Below, piece by piece: positions 60,432 through 64,000 of a stretch of DNA of 64,000 nucleotides. Below the pieces are notes generated by a model, which worked only from the letters and a program-made list of their open reading frames with translations, had not been told where the DNA came from and made no database searches. The position numbers and the translations under genes are program-made. The first letter of the stretch is position 1, and each line of letters begins with the position of its first letter. The stretch spans positions 3,168,001 through 3,232,000 of the forward strand of contig CAXXVL010000002.1 in NCBI GenBank assembly GCA_963667845.2, in the 5' to 3' direction. The stretch comes from Smithellaceae bacterium. Lineage in GTDB: Bacteria > Desulfobacterota > Syntrophia > Syntrophales > Smithellaceae.

Positions 60432-62051
60432 CTAATTATCGCCGGTTTGCCTGGATTCATCTTTATTCTTAATTGCACTTGATTTATTTTCAACAGCGGC
60501 AGTCTGAAGGATATGAGGTGTGATAAAAATTAGGCACTTCTTCCATCGCCTCCGACTTGTTATCTGCTTTAAATACCCAGCCCAAGCCTGGCACATCTTT
60601 CAACCATGGCCAGCCAGCATCTCCATCTCCCTTTGTTTCTTTTGTCAATCCGGAAATAACGATAGTTTCACCATCTTTGACAATAAGATTTGTTTCAGTG
60701 AGTTTCTTAATAATAATGGGGTTGCCTAACATTGAGGCGGCATGGGTAAAGTCCAGTTCATCTTTTTGCACCAAGATCTTCATTTTTAGGTTTTTTCCGT
60801 CAATAACATGGGGGGTAATTTCCAGTTTCATAACGGCATTCTCAAGGTCACGGTTTGCGTCGGCAAGGCGCCGGCAACGCTATTTGTCAACGTTACAAAA
60901 GGCACCTTTTGCCCATTTTCCGTAAACGCTTTCTGGTTATCGAGTGTTGTAATCGACGGACTGGAGATAATATTCAGCTTACTATCTTTTTGTAATGCCT
61001 GCAATTCCACCTCCAATAAATTTCCGCCGATAACTCCAAACATCAGACCCAAGGTACCAAGAGGACCAGTTGCGGCATCTAATATACCGATTCCTGCAGA
61101 GCCCGCCGGAAAATTCACTCCAAACCCCTTGCTCCCTATCCCGCCTGTCGGAACACCTTTACCTCCAGTTACAATAAGACTTTCTTTACCACCCAGATTT
61201 CCACTGCTATATCCACCCCATTTAATACCTAGGTCACGGGCAACACTTTTCGATGTTTCTACAATATTGGCTTTAATTAATATTTGCGGTGTAGGCTTAT
61301 CCAACTTTTCAATGATTGGAATCATGTTTTCCAGATCCTGAGTGTTTGCCGAAATGACCAGCGAATTACTATGTTCATCGAGAACAACCGATCCGCGTGT
61401 CTTTCCATCTTTATCTTTAGTCAAAAAGCCCTGCAGCGTCTTTTCCAGTTTTTTGGGATCAGCGTAGTCAATCTTAATAACGACCGGCTTCATCAACGGC
61501 TCTACCCATTGTATGTCGCGCAATTGAACTTTCTGTTTGAGCTCCTGTTCAACATCTTCAATGGTCATCACCCTGATGACGCTGCCTTCCCACACATAGG
61601 TTAAACCATATGTTCTCAATAATCCGGTAAAGGCCTGGTCCCAAGGAACTGAACGAAAATCAACGCTTATTTCGCCTTTTAAATCGTTCTTAACTAACAA
61701 GTTATAATTCACGGATTTGGCCATTGCCCGCAGGACAGCCTTTAGGTCCGCTTGGCGCATTGTCAGATTAATCGGCTTGGTCGGCAATTTTTTGGCCGGC
61801 GCTCCCATTAATAAGGTTCGTTCAGCTTTTCTTTCGGTTATTCTCGCCACATCAATCTCTTTAGGCTGGGCTTCAGGGGAATGCCCCCGAGAATTGTCCG
61901 CAAGCGTATTCCATTTTTCAAAGAGAGGATCTTTCTTTGTACTCTTGAGGTCACCTGAACAACCAAGAAAGAATATCAGCACAAAAAAGCTGATCACGAT
62001 CTTGTCAATTTTTTTAGGGCCTTCACTTAAGCTCAAGGCAATAACCTCCAT
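60432..62051 (-). pseudogene. pilQ: Secretin PilQ (short form, lipoprotein-like N-terminus), interrupted by two single-base frameshifts that may be sequencing errors
   Basis: VPWDQAF, LDKPTPQILIKANIVE, SSPSITTLDN, LEITPH, ETIVISGL, PWLKDVPGLGWVFK. Correcting the indels at ~60844 and ~60533 restores TVTFENAVMKLEITP and EEVLIFITPHIL. Confidence 0.88.
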
Positions 62052-62060
62052 GTCTTAGTA

Positions 62061-62591
62061 TCATTCCTGTATCGGAACATAAAATTCGCTTCCGGTATTG
62101 CGATTAAAAATTAGAATTCTCGAGGGGGCTACACTTTTCAAGATATAACCCTTGATGTCGAGGGCATCTCCGGCCTCATACTCCCACCCGTTGATAATTG
62201 CCAATTTCTTTCTCCCGGCATCCACGTATCCGGAATAAACTATTTTCGTCGCAAGATCGCCGCTCGACTCTTTTCCAGTATATTCGCGGTAGGACGATCG
62301 ATCCCAGAATGGGTTCTTATTCCAACTCGTCTCCGCCCGCTCTATGATATAGGTATCCGCTTTTGCGATCACATATTTTGTGAGGTCGGTGTTCAACGTA
62401 GTGACGAAAGATTCACGCGCAACAGGCCTTACTCCCGTTCCCGCTTTTTTCGCAACCGTACCGACAATAACGAATTCATAGATTGCATAAAACACAAATA
62501 AGACAGCAACAGCAAGAATGATGATTTGTCGATTGTTTAATTTCTTCATTCGAATCCCTAGTATCCCGAACCAGCTAATTTGCCAGTGCAA
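62061..62591 (-). CDS. PilP/MshK-like pilus assembly protein
   Basis: N-terminal TM, WNKNPF, AIINGWEYEAGD; lies between pilO and pilQ. Confidence 0.7.
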   Translation of the reverse strand: MHWQISWFGILGIRMKKLNNRQIIILAVAVLFVFYAIYEFVIVGTVAKKAGTGVRPVARESFVTTLNTDLTKYVIAKADTYIIERAETSWNKNPFWDRSSYREYTGKESSGDLATKIVYSGYVDAGRKKLAIINGWEYEAGDALDIKGYILKSVAPSRILIFNRNTGSEFYVPIQE

Positions 62592-63118
62592 CCGCTATTT
62601 TTATTTTAAATTCCATGGAATCGCTACCCTGCCTAATACCGATTTCCTGAATTTGATCGACGTAGGGCAAAGCACCTAAACCGACGAGCATTTTTCGGAA
62701 GTCGGTAAAATCTCCTTTCATGGTTGCACTATAAATGAGATATTGCGAATTACCGGTTATGGATTTAGTATCCGGCGCAAGGGCGACAACCATTAGGCCC
62801 GATCTTTTCGCCTCTAAGCGAAACGAATCTTGAAATTTAGCCACGTCGGCCCCTGAGTAATCTTTCTTTCGGGGGATTTGGTAATGACAGCACTTCTTTC
62901 TTCTTCGAAGTACCATCTAATAACTGGTAAACCGCTCTCAGATCCTTTTGCTCTTGAATTTGATCCTTAATTTTATTGACCTCGTCTGCGCGGCTGGATT
63001 TGTAACGATGCAAAGGAATAATTCCCAGGAGAATGACAAGGAATATTATACCACCGCAGATCAATATATAGCTCGCACTGTTTGCAGGAATTCCCCGACT
63101 GATTTTCTTAATCATCAC
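62575..63118 (-). pseudogene. pilO: PilO-like protein, split by one frameshift that may be a sequencing error
   Basis: N-terminal TM and coiled coil, C-terminal GDFTDFRKML. Removing one G from the run at 62850-62853 joins the ORFs as RLLRADVAKFQ. Confidence 0.72.
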
Positions 63119-64000
63119 TATCCTATCTTCGCACTAACTGTGAATTGAAGAACCTCTTTTTTCTTGAAGGTCACAATATTACTTTTCAAGATGGATACGG
63201 TTTGAATAATCGGTGAATTTTCCAGCTTCATAACATATTCAGCCAAAATCGTATCCAGCGTACTGCGGTCACCCAAGATCACCCCTTCAATCCATATGCC
63301 GTTTGCTTTGTCTTTCGAGGTCGCAGCTCTTTTTTGGTCCTGCATTTCGGAGGCGAGAGATATCCTGACCTCGGTCAACCTGATATCTTGCGGCGTCAAG
63401 AAAGACAGTTCCGTAATGACCGCCATGGCTTCGTATTTTCTTACATATTGCATTTTAGTCCGATACCGTGACTTCAAATCACCAGCAAGGACTAAGACTT
63501 TCTCCTTAGATAAGACCGGCTTGACAAGCGATAGTTCTTTTTCCAATTTTCCTTCTTCGCTGCTAATCTGCCTGATTTCAATTGCCTGCAAAACTAAGAT
63601 AACCGAACATATGAATAAAGCGGCCGCAAATGCTGCAAAAATCCGCGATTAATTCTCTTTTTGATAATTTCTTTCTTCTTATCCACGTATGTAAAGATGG
63701 CATTCGGAGTGTACTTGCGATCAGATAAGGATAATCCTATTGCCGGTACCAGGGATGCCCTCTCCATAAGCGACAATGATACCGACGAGGAAAAATTTTT
63801 CGCCTCGTAAGGATCAAAAGCCTCGCTTTTTATAACTAATTGTTCATTCACGTAATGCAGAATGAGGCGATAAAAATTATTCCGGACAGAAGAAATAAAG
63901 ACTTTTTCCACTTTTTCATACCCGACTGAGGTTGTGTAATAATCGAGTGTTCTTTCGATCTGTCGGGTCAATCTTTCCAAGGCCGGTCTAATCATATTCA
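63118..64000 (-). pseudogene. C-terminal part of a PilM-like domain fused to a PilN-like domain; one frameshift; 5' end lies outside the window
   Basis: RQIERTLDYY...VPAIGLSL (PilM C-terminus). Adding one base near 63643 gives NRGIFAAFAAALFICSVILVLQAIE, a TM that continues into the PilN-like ELSFLTPQDIRL...KLENSP. Confidence 0.75.

Overview
Chromosomal window from a bacterium whose gene content and order resemble Desulfobacterota, possibly Syntrophales. The taxon is an inference. 1-25 kb is housekeeping: lon (partial)-clpX-clpP-tig, tRNA-Leu(TAG), tRNA-Pro(GGG), slt, comEA-like, lysC, tsaE, acpS, folP, ftsH, tilS, a panG-like/panB pair behind a pan-RNA-like attenuator, a parvulin PPIase, miaA, a cold-shock gene, two orphan peptide ABC ATPases and pepA. 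In front of miaA lies an unannotated ~200-nt, extensively base-paired multibranch element (19966-20169, minus strand) that I cannot assign to a known RNA family. It is the best novelty candidate. 25-64 kb is one large MSHA-like type IV pilus locus. It contains a minor-pilin operon with sugar-binding-type modules (tandem W/Y repeats and a legume-lectin-like plus BACON tip protein) and a split ECF sigma / anti-sigma-like pair. It also holds an ~18-kb glycan biosynthesis island with an IS3 remnant, two tandem TMTC-like GT-C/TPR transferases convergent on two paralogous major pilins, a sigma54 promoter paired with a membrane-anchored receiver-less activator, and pilC-pilB-exeA-pilQ-pilP-pilO-pilM/N. 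The last 3.2 kb carries four single-base frameshifts, either sequencing error or recent decay. All calls come from reading motifs by eye; no database searches were run.
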